This document shows positions 1 through 10,333 of a stretch of 64,000 nt of DNA, in pieces; the first letter of the stretch is position 1; every line of letters starts with the position of its first letter. The DNA is taken from the sequence record MW749003.1; one strand, 5' to 3'. A model generated the notes under the pieces. That model had not been told where the DNA came from. It saw nothing but the letters and a program-made list of their open reading frames with translations, and did no database searches. The translations under genes and the position numbers were made by a program.

Positions 1-131
1 GAAAATTATTAGATTATTATAATTATATATTAAATGAATCTAATAAAAGTGAATATTTATTTAAATATAGTCTTACTGCCCGTGGAATAAGAATTGATAA
101 TGATAATAAAATAATTGTTGAACCTAATCTC

Positions 132-1136
132 ATGGTATATCAGATACACTGGGGATGGACAAATCCACCTGAAATTAATACAATAATTAAAGTACTCATT
201 ATAAGTGAATTAATAAATAAATTGATGGATGAAGGTTATGAAGTATTTTTAGGTAATAATACATCAAAGGAAAGAAATCTTGAATTATTTAGGTGGATGC
301 AAAGTCAATATAATAAAAAGCACATATTATCTAGTATTGATAATTCTTTAAATGCTAGAGAAGTATTTAAAGACATATCTGAGTATTTACATATTTCAAC
401 TAGAATGCTAAGTGATAGAATTCTCAGGAATAGTTATACTAAGGAATATGTAATTAATGCGAGACCCGCTAAGGCTTTTAGACCACCATATACATTATTC
501 AATATCTGCTTTCATGATTTGGAGCTAGATTCTAAATTGAATAGATTAGATCTTGACTTATACTATATGCCTTTTATTAAAGATATTGTTAATAATCAAT
601 TTGGTATTGCATTAATGAAAGACTATGTTCTTTTAAATAATGATAGAGAGCTTGAAAATTTTGATAATATAGATAAATATTTTGATGAACTATTACAAGA
701 TGCAGAAACAAGATTACCGATAATATCTAATATTGAAATTAAAACTAAATCTACAGCAAGTGTATATTTTCAGCTAATTGATATTAAAGATATAAGACAA
801 GTTACAATTATTAAAAGAATAAAATCAAAATATAAAGTAACTTCTAGGAACAAACATCCATTATCAAAATATAAAACCTTAAAAGGTTCTCAATATTTTA
901 GTGCAAAATTGAGAGAATCACAATTTAAAGCACTATTATTAATGATAAAATACTTTGAAGAACATTGTAATAAAAATGATTTAGCTAGAGCAGAAAAAAT
1001 ATTATCACTTAAAGAAGTTCAAAATTATCTTGGCTATGAACACTATAAGCATTTATATGAAAATAATCCAAAATTTAAAGATAGTTTTAAGAGAGTAAAA
1101 GATTTAGAAGCTATTGAATTATTAGAGAATTTATAA
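132..1136 (+). CDS. Hypothetical protein, paralog of 1151-2296
   Basis: 334-aa ORF; C-terminus NKHPL...YFSAKLRE...YLGYEHYK..YENNPKFKDSFKRVKDLEAIELLENL aligns with next ORF. Confidence 0.7.
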   Translation: MVYQIHWGWTNPPEINTIIKVLIISELINKLMDEGYEVFLGNNTSKERNLELFRWMQSQYNKKHILSSIDNSLNAREVFKDISEYLHISTRMLSDRILRNSYTKEYVINARPAKAFRPPYTLFNICFHDLELDSKLNRLDLDLYYMPFIKDIVNNQFGIALMKDYVLLNNDRELENFDNIDKYFDELLQDAETRLPIISNIEIKTKSTASVYFQLIDIKDIRQVTIIKRIKSKYKVTSRNKHPLSKYKTLKGSQYFSAKLRESQFKALLLMIKYFEEHCNKNDLARAEKILSLKEVQNYLGYEHYKHLYENNPKFKDSFKRVKDLEAIELLENL

Positions 1137-1150
1137 TTGGGGGATTTAAA

Positions 1151-2296
1151 ATGCCTGAATTTAATTTAATGGAAAATGTAATTGAAGTAATAGAGGTTCC
1201 AAGTGGTAGTAAATCTGGTTTATTCCCAAGAAAGAGAGAATCTGGTTTTGATAAAATATTAAGGCAAGAAATTGTACCAGCTCAAAAGAATCATCTTGAT
1301 ACAATTATAAAACGAATGAAAGCAATAGGCTATGATAAAATTGCTGTACTTAACACAAATATTCAATTTTATTGGGAGATAACTACAGTCGAATATCCTT
1401 TTAATAATGATAATCAGCTACATATAACATTAGTTAATAAAGAAAATACTATTGAATATTTAAGTTTAGTAAATCTTAAATCTGGATTTTTTTCAGATAG
1501 AAAATTTAATAACCTAACAAAGAGACTCCAAGATTCGGGAGAAGATATTGGAAAGATTATGAGAGCATATATAGAATATAATTTACCATATTACTTTTCG
1601 AGAAATTATGAGAAATATGAAAAGGAGAATGAAGAAATGAAAAAAGAAAATAATAAAGTTAACGATAAAATTAATAATAAAGAGGTAAATATTCTACTAG
1701 CCCCATTGGTAAAAGATTTCTTAGGAACAATTGGTAGTATTGCAATATTAAGAAATTTTAGTGAGTATTATGAAGACAAGTATATTGAGGATAAAGATAA
1801 AGTTGATAAATATTTTAATGAATTAATTGATGACGTAAAAATATTATTAAAAACCAAAAATGATATTACATTAATTGATCCTAATCCAAAAAATAATAAG
1901 TATATTAATCTTGTTAAGATTATGAAAGGAAAAGAATCAGTATTTAAGAATATTAAAAGAAGCCTATCAATTAATAAAAATAGTAAACATCCTTTATTAA
2001 GAAGTGAGCTTGAACCACTCCATTCAGAGTATTTTGAAGGAAAATACAGAGAGTATATTTTTAGAACAATGCTTGTGTTAATTGAATTCTTTGAGAATAG
2101 TTTCAAGGAAAATCCAATGGCAACTAAACATTCTGAATTTCTTAACAATATTGAAAAAGCTTTATCTAAAGACGAAATAAAAGAATATGTTGGTTATGAT
2201 TTGTTTAAATCTGATTATGAGAATAATCCTATCTTTGAAGAAAGCTTAAAGCGTGTTAAAGGGCATTCAGCTGTTGATATATTAGAATCCCTATAA
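1151..2296 (+). CDS. Hypothetical protein, paralog of 132-1136
   Basis: 381 aa; SD GGGGA; C-terminus SKHPL...YFEGKYRE...YVGYDLFK..YENNPIFEESLKRVKGHSAVDILESL. Confidence 0.8.
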   Translation: MPEFNLMENVIEVIEVPSGSKSGLFPRKRESGFDKILRQEIVPAQKNHLDTIIKRMKAIGYDKIAVLNTNIQFYWEITTVEYPFNNDNQLHITLVNKENTIEYLSLVNLKSGFFSDRKFNNLTKRLQDSGEDIGKIMRAYIEYNLPYYFSRNYEKYEKENEEMKKENNKVNDKINNKEVNILLAPLVKDFLGTIGSIAILRNFSEYYEDKYIEDKDKVDKYFNELIDDVKILLKTKNDITLIDPNPKNNKYINLVKIMKGKESVFKNIKRSLSINKNSKHPLLRSELEPLHSEYFEGKYREYIFRTMLVLIEFFENSFKENPMATKHSEFLNNIEKALSKDEIKEYVGYDLFKSDYENNPIFEESLKRVKGHSAVDILESL

Positions 2297-2337
2297 TAAA
2301 TTCCTCTAAACCCGACAATACCATAGTTTACTATGCT

Positions 2338-2856
2338 ATGGTATTGTCATTACAAAATCTAAGAATTAACAACATGAAGATGACATCACTTAAGGAGGAA
2401 TTTATCATGAAGAAAAGATGTAATAATATTCATTGTATTGATAATAGTATTACAGAAACTGATTTACAAAAATGTTGGTATTGTAATTCTGATCTAACTA
2501 TGGTTGGTAAACCTATTGATCTAGATATTGGTCAGAAAATTTATGTTAACGAGCAGAATCATTTCTTAGGGATATCAGAAGGCAATTTAATCGAATGTGA
2601 AATTACTAAGATTAATAAATCTGCATTTTATGCTAAAGAAAAAAATAAAGATTATGAATATAGATTTAATCGAAAAACTTTTACAGGAAAAGGTATTCAT
2701 GTAGGAAGTATGTTAACTGCTTATTTAACAGTAGATCAATTTAATAAAGAAATGGATTACCAAAAAGAAAGAGATGAATTATTGGTTAAAATTAAAAAAA
2801 GGTTAGATGAATTAAATTTAGAAACATTAAAGGATGTAAATAATTTTATTAAGTAA
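2338..2856 (+). CDS. Hypothetical protein with N-terminal Zn-ribbon (probable start ATG 2407)
   Basis: AAGGAGG precedes ATG 2407; CNNIHC and CWYC. Confidence 0.7.
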   Translation: MVLSLQNLRINNMKMTSLKEEFIMKKRCNNIHCIDNSITETDLQKCWYCNSDLTMVGKPIDLDIGQKIYVNEQNHFLGISEGNLIECEITKINKSAFYAKEKNKDYEYRFNRKTFTGKGIHVGSMLTAYLTVDQFNKEMDYQKERDELLVKIKKRLDELNLETLKDVNNFIK

Positions 2857-2968
2857 AAAGGAGATATATTTGAAAATATTTAAAATGTCTCCCTTATATA
2901 AGGTTTAAAAAGAAAAATAAATAGATATTATAATAATGAGAAAATAGATATTAAGGGAGAGAGAAACA

Positions 2969-3484
2969 ATGACAATGACAAAACCACTTAAAGAGAAAAC
3001 ACTAAGTAATATGTTAGGAAAGCTTTTCAATGAAGAATTTGAACTTACTAAAGAGCAACATGCATTATATGAAAGACTTAAAGAGATTGAAGCACGTAAA
3101 GAAGAGATTTTAAATGAGAGAGATATCCTTCAAGGATTAGGGGAAAAAGAAGATTTAGACTTTGTTAGTGTGGATACTGAAACTACCACTACAACTAGAG
3201 TTACATTTGATAGAGATGAGAAAATTCAATCAGTTGAGATTAAAGAAGAAAAGAAAGAAAAACGTACTAGAATGTCTCAATCTGAGAAAATGAAAGCTAT
3301 TGATACATTAAAAGAGATTATGGAACAATATGGTCGTCCTATGAAGCTAAGTGATATTATTGAAGAATTAGCTAACCATGGTTATGAATGGAATAAAGTA
3401 CAATCTGCACGTAAGTTCATTACAGATTCAGGTATTTTAGATTCACCTTGTCGTGGTATGTATCAATTAATTAGAAAATTTTAA
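2969..3484 (+). CDS. Coiled-coil plus C-terminal winged-helix DNA-binding protein, Rok/sRok-like
   Basis: N-terminal EQHALYERLKEIE coiled coil; C-terminal TLKEIMEQYGRPMKLSDIIEEL...SPCRGMYQL resembles the Rok winged helix with a P-x-RG-x-Y wing (from memory). Confidence 0.45.
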   Translation: MTMTKPLKEKTLSNMLGKLFNEEFELTKEQHALYERLKEIEARKEEILNERDILQGLGEKEDLDFVSVDTETTTTTRVTFDRDEKIQSVEIKEEKKEKRTRMSQSEKMKAIDTLKEIMEQYGRPMKLSDIIEELANHGYEWNKVQSARKFITDSGILDSPCRGMYQLIRKF

Positions 3485-3705
3485 TAAGAGATTAATTATT
3501 TGGGAATAAAAATCAATCAACCATTATTAGATTCAATAATGGTTGATTAAAATGGATAAAGATTTGTTAAAAACATGTTTAGATAAAATTGAACGTCAAA
3601 AAAGGGAGTTAATAGCTGAAAATGCAATGATGCAAACCATGTAAGTAGTAGAAGATTAGTCTTCTACTACTTATACCAACAATAAAAACTAAAATTTTTT
3701 ATAGG

Positions 3706-4617
3706 GTGATAATTATGCTAATGACAAAATCTTTTAAAAATATACACCTAATTAAATGGGATATCTATACAGTTCTTAAAACACATGATAAAATATTAGA
3801 TATACTATCAAATAGAGTAAATTATCAGAAAGTACACATTGAAACAATTTATACTGAATCCGGAATCCAAGTAGTACAAAAATTAACTAATGATACATAT
3901 AATATATCTAAAAATAGTCTCCCTCTTTTATCTTATGGAGAAGCCAAGTTTAGTAAAGATGCAATGGATATGATAGTAAATAATTTTATGAATAGTAATA
4001 ATTTAAAAACTCAAGATGACTATAATAAATATAAAGAAATGCTTTTAAATAATGAGAATAATGAAGTTACAGTTGTTATAGATGCATCTAATATCGTGTT
4101 ACAGACAAATCATATTTCTGATGAAGAAATAGATCGTGCTAAAAAACATCTAATTTCTAATCATGATTTTTATGAATCTAAAAAATTATGTGATGTGTGT
4201 GGTAAAAGATCTAATAATGTATCTGAAAGAAATGAATTTGGTAGATTTAAGATTCATTATTTCTGTGATGATCATAGAGTTAAGGAATTATATAAGAATA
4301 AAAGTATAATAAATAACCAAATTATATCATATAATGGAAAAAATAAAATTAATCTTGGAGCTAAACCTACATGTGATGTATGTAAAGGAAGTTTATCCAC
4401 CTTTATATACACTGATCAATTTTATTTATTATATGATGATACAAAATTATGCAATAATTGTGTTCATAGCTATATAGGAAGAAATTTATTAAATCAACAT
4501 GGACATAGATGTGAAAACTGTCGTGGACAAGGATATATTAGGGATTACAAACTCTATAAAGTAGTTTGTGCTTATTGTCAAGGAACAGGTTGGATTAAGA
4601 AGGAGAACAGTAAATGA
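3706..4617 (+). CDS. Multi-Zn-finger protein with C-terminal DnaJ-type CxxCxGxG pair (paralog family 1 of 3)
   Basis: HLIKW N-terminal motif; CDVC, CDDH, CDVC, CNNC; CENCRGQG...CAYCQGTGW. Confidence 0.7.
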   Translation: MIIMLMTKSFKNIHLIKWDIYTVLKTHDKILDILSNRVNYQKVHIETIYTESGIQVVQKLTNDTYNISKNSLPLLSYGEAKFSKDAMDMIVNNFMNSNNLKTQDDYNKYKEMLLNNENNEVTVVIDASNIVLQTNHISDEEIDRAKKHLISNHDFYESKKLCDVCGKRSNNVSERNEFGRFKIHYFCDDHRVKELYKNKSIINNQIISYNGKNKINLGAKPTCDVCKGSLSTFIYTDQFYLLYDDTKLCNNCVHSYIGRNLLNQHGHRCENCRGQGYIRDYKLYKVVCAYCQGTGWIKKENSK

Positions 4618-5516
4618 GGGATTTACATTTAATTAAATGGTCATTAGCGGGAATGATTAGATTTGAGGATTTATGTTTTCCTCAATTTGATAAAACTTAT
4701 GAAATTATTTTTACTGATGGTTATGTAGAATTAGTTTTTGAACGAAAAAATAATTTTATTACATTTAAAGTACCTGTTGGAATTAAATATGGGAAGCCTT
4801 ATCTTTCTAATGAATTAAAAAAAGAAATACAAGAAAGAACTATTACTTATTATTATAAATATGTTAATTGTCTAAAAAGAGATGAATATTTAGATTATAG
4901 GAATAAATATCTACAAAATAAAAATAATAAAGTAGCTATTTTAAGAGATTCTAAAAAGTTAAAAGTATATGCTAATTACGAAATATCTGAGAAAGAGTTT
5001 CTAAATATTAGGCGAGAAAGAGTGAAGATTAAGGATTTTCTCAAGGAGAATATATGTGAAGTTTGTGGTTCAAGAAACTTATTAACTAGATTCAATAGAC
5101 ACAATTTATGTAATAAACATTCAATACAAGTTGAATTTAAAGAATATCATAGTTTAGATGATTTAATAAAGGAAAATAATAAATTAAAATGCCATTGCTG
5201 TAATGAAGATATTTTAAAAACTGATCTTTATATGAAACAAGATAAAGAAGCGAAAGAAAATATCGCATCGCCAATATTCACTATATTTCATAATACGGAT
5301 CCACTGGATAAAGATTTATATTATTGTGATCAATGTAAAAGAAAGTTTAATGATAAAATAGTTGAAAATATTGTTAAACGGTCAGAAATATGCAAATGTA
5401 AGGAGTGTAATGGAAAAGGTTACGAAAGAAATTATTATGTAGAAAAAGAATTCTGTGAAAAATGTAATGGTAAAGGATGGGTTAAGAAGAAGGGAGTAAA
5501 TAATGAAGTACAATAA
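4614..5516 (+). CDS. Multi-Zn-finger protein with C-terminal DnaJ-type CxxCxGxG pair (paralog 2 of 3)
   Basis: HLIKW motif; CEVC, CHCC, CDQC; CKECNGKG...CEKCNGKGW; ATGA overlap with upstream gene. Confidence 0.75.
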   Translation: MRDLHLIKWSLAGMIRFEDLCFPQFDKTYEIIFTDGYVELVFERKNNFITFKVPVGIKYGKPYLSNELKKEIQERTITYYYKYVNCLKRDEYLDYRNKYLQNKNNKVAILRDSKKLKVYANYEISEKEFLNIRRERVKIKDFLKENICEVCGSRNLLTRFNRHNLCNKHSIQVEFKEYHSLDDLIKENNKLKCHCCNEDILKTDLYMKQDKEAKENIASPIFTIFHNTDPLDKDLYYCDQCKRKFNDKIVENIVKRSEICKCKECNGKGYERNYYVEKEFCEKCNGKGWVKKKGVNNEVQ

Positions 5517-5949
5517 TACTTTAGATAGATGGAGACATTTAATTATTTGGGATTTTGAAGATGTTATGAAATTTGATTCAAAAATACCAAAGAGTATTAA
5601 ATATAATCATCAAGACACTGACTTAATAATTCTGTATGAAGTAGTTCTAGCGGAAGAGTATATTGAGTTTATCTATAAAACCAATGATAAATTTAGATTA
5701 TCAAAAATTATTCCACCTATTAAGAATAATAAAATAAAATATACAGAGGATTTCTATGATAGAATGTTAGCATGTACTCATCCTTTTTATACTGTTCCTA
5801 ATACTAAAATATTGATCAAAGATGAATATGATAAATATAGATTAGAACTTATGAATAATTTAAAAAATAAAGTTATATTATTATCATATAACTCAGAAAG
5901 GATGAAAGTATATACAAATTATAAACTATCAGGATTGGAGGAGATTTAA
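5503..5949 (+). CDS. Shortened third paralog (N-terminal domain only)
   Basis: HLIIW motif and DEYDKYRLELMNNLKNKVILL shared with the two upstream ORFs; no Zn fingers; frame stays open 40 codons past TAA, to 6072. Confidence 0.6.
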   Translation: MKYNNTLDRWRHLIIWDFEDVMKFDSKIPKSIKYNHQDTDLIILYEVVLAEEYIEFIYKTNDKFRLSKIIPPIKNNKIKYTEDFYDRMLACTHPFYTVPNTKILIKDEYDKYRLELMNNLKNKVILLSYNSERMKVYTNYKLSGLEEI

Positions 5950-6087
5950 GATCAGTTAGAAAAATATATAGTTATAATGAAATATAATATCTTAAAACGA
6001 ATAGATGATGATAAATTAATCATTAGTTATGATATTACACAACTAATGATTAGTGAGAATAATCATATTTAAAAATACATGTAAAGG

Positions 6088-9000
6088 ATGATGAAAATGG
6101 CAATTATTAAGAAAGATTATGAAACTATTCAAACTGAAAATGCTACAGAATATTATGATGAGGTTTTAAAGGAACGTGCTATTCCAGATCCTCGTGATGG
6201 ATTAAAACCTATTCACCGCAGAATTCTATGGGGTATGCATGTACATAAATGGGAATCAAATAAACCGCATGTTAAGTCAGCAAAAATTACGGGGAGCATT
6301 ATTGGTAAACAGTAGTTTCATTGCCTATCAATTATGATAGAGTATATAACTTAGCAATGAAATTCTTGCCGTCTTAAGTGGTAACATTTAAGATTATTAA
6401 TGGGGGATTAAGCTGGGAGGGTTTAGTTATCCTGATCAGAGTCCGAAGGATAAATGTAATAATTTATTCAGGCGCAACGCATAGATTGCTGAAACTTCAC
6501 AAGATGAAGAATATAATGTATCCACGAGACCCCATTAACCGTCTATTGTGAAATACATGGTTAAAAAGATATGCTATGCTGAGTTGGAAATGACCAACTG
6601 ATGAAAATGAGGGAAACCTCCAGAGCATAGGATAAAAAGCCTATGGTTAATAACTAACAGGAATATCATCCCCACGGAAATGCAAGCGTATATGAAGCAC
6701 TAGTAAAAATGTATCAACCTTGGTATGTCAATAAAAGCCTTATTGATGCTCATGGTAAGTAAAATCCTTTAATATTATATGAATACCGTCATATAATAGA
6801 TTAGGCTCGTTAAAGGATATGCCGTTTTGTATGGTAACATACATCATTATTACTGGGGGATTAAGCTGGGAGGGTATAGCCTATCCTGATCAGAGTCCGA
6901 AGGATGGATGTAATAGTCCATTCAGGCGCAACGCATAGATTGCTGAAACTTCACAAGATGAAGAATATAATGTATCCAAGAGACCCCAGTATCCATCTAT
7001 TGTGAAATACATGGATAAAAAGATATGCTATACTGGATTGGAAATGACCAATCGATGAAAATGAGGGAAACCTCCAGAGCATAGGATAAAAAGCCTATGG
7101 TTAATAACTATTAGAACTTTGGAAGTGTGTATGGGGATCCAGCCGCCGCTGAACGTTATAGTGAAGCTAGAATCCATAAATTTGCAGAAGAGGTTTTACT
7201 TTCAAATATTAATAAAAACATTGTTGATTTTGTTCCAAACTTTGATAATACTTTAGAAGAGCCAAAAGTATTACCTTCTATTCTTCCAATGATATTAGTT
7301 AATGGTAGTCTCGGTATTGCCGCTGGTTATGCAACCAACCAACATCCACATAATATTAATGAAGTTATTGATGAGACTATTAAGTATATTAAAGATAATA
7401 ACTATCAAATCAAGCTACTACCAGATTACCCAACTGGTGGAGTAATTATTAATAAAAGGCAAGTAGAAGAAGCATATACTACTGGTAAATCAAAGGCTAT
7501 TATTAGAGCAAGAATTACCAAAAATGAAAAGAAACATGAATTAGTTATTAGTGAGATTCCATATCTAAAAACATCTGATAAACTAATTGAATCTATTCAA
7601 AATGTAGCTAATGATAGAATTGAGAAAGGTAATAAGATTCCTAAGAAGATTGAAGGAATTAAGAATATTAAAAACCTTTCAGAGAAAGGTAAAATTAATA
7701 TTATTATTGAAGTAAAGAAAGGTTATGAGCTAGATTTAATTGAAAATCAATTATATAAATATACTAATTGTCAATTTACTCTACCAATGGACTTTAATGG
7801 AGTAATAGACAAGAAGTTTATTAACTTTACTAACGTCAACCAAATTGTTGCAGAATGGTTAAATTTCCGTATTGTTACTCTTAGACGTTTATTTACAAAT
7901 GATCTTAAAGATGCTAAGAAGAGAATTCATATTATTGATGGATTACTTACTGCGTTAGGTACTAATCTAGATCGTTTGTTAGATATTATCAGAACTAGTA
8001 AAAGTAGATCGCAAATGGTTGAAACTATTGTAAAAGAATTTAAAATTGAAGAAGATCAAGCTGAATATATTGTAAATATGAAATTATATCGTATTAACAA
8101 TATTGAAATTGATCAATTGAAAAAAGAAAGAAAAGACTTAGAAAAGAAATATAACGATACGGTATTATACTTTAAAGATGATAATAAGATTAATGAGTAT
8201 ATTATCTCTGAACTTGAAAATGCTAAGAAAAAGTTTGGTTGTGAACGAAAAACAACTGTTCTAGATTTAAATATAGAAGATATTAATAATAAAGAAAATC
8301 TTATTATTGACAGTAACCATACTTTCATTTGTACTAATCGTTATATTAAGAAATTAAATAATACTATCAAAGTTCAAAAACGTGGTGGTAAAGGAAATAG
8401 TATTGGTAAGATTAAATCTGATGATAATCCAATTACTATTTTTAATGCAAATAATAAGGATAATATTCTTATTTTTACGAATGCAGGAAAAGTTTATTCA
8501 AGAAAAGCTTATGAGATTGAAGGTTGTGAAATCCAATCATATGGCTATAATCTAAATAGTATTATTAAAGATGAAACTCTAACAAATGTCCTTGCAATGA
8601 CAGATGATGAGATGAATAATGAAAATATCAAAATTGCAATTGGTACTAGATTGAATAAAATTAAACTAGTGGATGTAGCAGAATTTAAGAATATTTATCA
8701 ATCAGGTATTATTGCAACTAAATTAAATGATGGTGATAGTGTTATCTTTGCTCAAAAAGTAGATATGAAAGGAAAGAATTCTATTATTGCTTGCACTAAT
8801 ACAGGAGCAACAATTAATATGTCACTTGACTCTATCCCAGTAGTTCTTCGCCCTACATTTGGTTCTAATATTTTTGATAATTCTATTATTAATAAAGGAG
8901 ATTATATTGCTGGTATTGATCTAGTAACAGAAGAAGTATCACATGCTTTCTTTATTAGTAAAAAAGGATTGGGAAAACGAGTTGAAATCTCTGAGTTCCC

Positions 9001-9229
9001 TGAACAAATCCGTGGTGGTAAAGGTCGAATTGGAATTAGAGCAAAAGAAAATGATGAAATTGTGAGAATTGTTTCTGTTAAACCGGATTCTGATTTAACC
9101 ATTATTAGTAATACTAGTATTATTGGAATGGACATTGATGAAGTAAGTGTATTACTCCGTCCAGCATTTGGTAACACTATTAAGAAATTAAATAAAGATG
9201 AGATTATTTTGGGAGCAACCGCTATTTAA
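6088..9229 (+). CDS. gyrA: DNA gyrase subunit A, three exons (6088-6306, 6661-6756, 7115-9229), about 809 aa
   Basis: RAIPDPRDGLKPIHRRIL; spliced IIG|EYHPHG and DAHG|NFGSVYGDPAAAERYSEAR (catalytic Tyr); C-terminal pinwheel with GyrA-box-like QKRGGKG. Confidence 0.95.
6307..6660 (+). mobile_element. Group I intron (family A, ORF-less) in gyrA
   Basis: Exon ends GGT(U), intron ends G; removal restores frame; R GCAACGCATAG and S AAGATATGCT; P3 TTAATGGGG/CCCCATTAA. Confidence 0.88.
6757..7114 (+). mobile_element. Group I intron (family A, ORF-less) in gyrA
   Basis: Same boundaries and core as 6307-6660 with compensatory stem changes (P3 TACTGGGG/CCCCAGTA); P1 ATGGT/GCCGT. Confidence 0.88.
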
Positions 9230-9322
9230 TTAGAGAAGACTATTAGTCTTCTCTTTTATTATATTGGAGGGAAATTAATATATGTATATAAGTACGCTTA
9301 AAAAAGGTCAAACGAAGGATAA

Positions 9323-9799
9323 ATGGGGGAAACTAAAATGATTCAAAAATTAATTAGTGGAGACTTCTTAAATAAAAAATTGGTATCTATCTCAAATATT
9401 CAACCGTATAATGTTCTTAATGAATATCTTGATAGAGAGAGCATTTATGACGATTATCCTGTGGTAAGAAATAAAGGTGAAATTGGTTTTACTGTAAAAG
9501 AAAGTGTCACATTTAAATTTGAGAATGATGTATGCTTAAATGTATTTGCCTTTTCAAGTGATGATCCAAAAATGGATTATAGTGTAACTGACTATAATGA
9601 AAATGATATTAGCATTAATTCACTAATTGGTAAGAAAATTAAGACATTTAGACAAATTGGGGAACAGGAATTTATTCTTATTTTTGAAGATAAATTAGAG
9701 GTTTATGTGGGAATTGATGATGGTATTTTAAATTGGGAAATTACTAAAGATGGTTCTTACTTTATAGAAAGAGATAAAGATTTGCTTGTTGCTAATTAA
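9323..9799 (+). CDS. Hypothetical protein
   Basis: 158-aa ORF, SD AAGGA. Confidence 0.65.
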   Translation: MGETKMIQKLISGDFLNKKLVSISNIQPYNVLNEYLDRESIYDDYPVVRNKGEIGFTVKESVTFKFENDVCLNVFAFSSDDPKMDYSVTDYNENDISINSLIGKKIKTFRQIGEQEFILIFEDKLEVYVGIDDGILNWEITKDGSYFIERDKDLLVAN

Positions 9800-9823
9800 A
9801 CGTATTAAAATGATTAACTAAAC

Positions 9824-9839
9824 ATATATTATCTTCCTG
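9824..9839 (+). promoter_or_regulatory. Early-type phage promoter
   Basis: ATATATTAT-N6-G; CGTATTAAA at 9801. Confidence 0.7.
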
Positions 9840-9868
9840 ATATTAACGAAATATTAGGAGGATAATAT

Positions 9869-10066
9869 ATGAAAAATTTTGAGAGTTTCTTTGTAAAGAT
9901 ATTACTATTAGTTTCAACATTCTTTTTGTCTATTTTTGCATATTATTATATGGATTCTGGAAAAGAGCTTATTACAGTATTACTTATATATCTCCCATTT
10001 GCTTTTGCAGTTTTATGGTCTGAAATAGTAAATTATTATAAAGATAAAAATAATAAACCGTATTAA
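9869..10066 (+). CDS. Small two-TM membrane protein
   Basis: SD AGGAGG; two hydrophobic segments. Confidence 0.7.
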   Translation: MKNFESFFVKILLLVSTFFLSIFAYYYMDSGKELITVLLIYLPFAFAVLWSEIVNYYKDKNNKPY

Positions 10067-10081
10067 ACTACCTAAGCAAAT

Positions 10082-10097
10082 ATATATTATAATCTTG
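10082..10097 (+). promoter_or_regulatory. Early-type phage promoter
   Basis: ATATATTAT-N6-G; CGTATTAAA at 10059. Confidence 0.7.
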
Positions 10098-10127
10098 ATA
10101 TAGTTAAAATAAAGGGAGAGATATATA

Positions 10128-10316
10128 ATGATTGAAAGTTTACAGAGAAAATTTAAATGGTTCAAAATAATAATGACTATTAGTACCATTATTGGACTAT
10201 TTATAGTATTGGGAATTCTATTTAGATTTGTATTGGCAATATTATTTTCTAAATTATTTTGGTTGGCTTTGATTATTGGATTCTTAGTATATGTGATTAC
10301 TAAAAGTAAAAAATAA
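10128..10316 (+). CDS. Small membrane protein
   Basis: SD GGGAG; long hydrophobic stretch. Confidence 0.7.
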   Translation: MIESLQRKFKWFKIIMTISTIIGLFIVLGILFRFVLAILFSKLFWLALIIGFLVYVITKSKK

Positions 10317-10333
10317 AAGTTATATAAAGGAGA

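Noticed and set aside
6307-7114. Group II intron or intein explanation for the interruptions
   Set aside because: No GUGYG...AY ends, no domain V and no RT ORF; the inserts contain stops; P1 U-G, P3, P4 and P7 plus terminal G fit group I
6088-7126. Treating 6088-6315, 7127-9229, 35381-35614, 46194-46991, 50322-51185, 59972-60553 and 60849-61121 as separate genes or pseudogenes
   Set aside because: They are exons; precise U|...G| intron removal restores conserved motifs in frame
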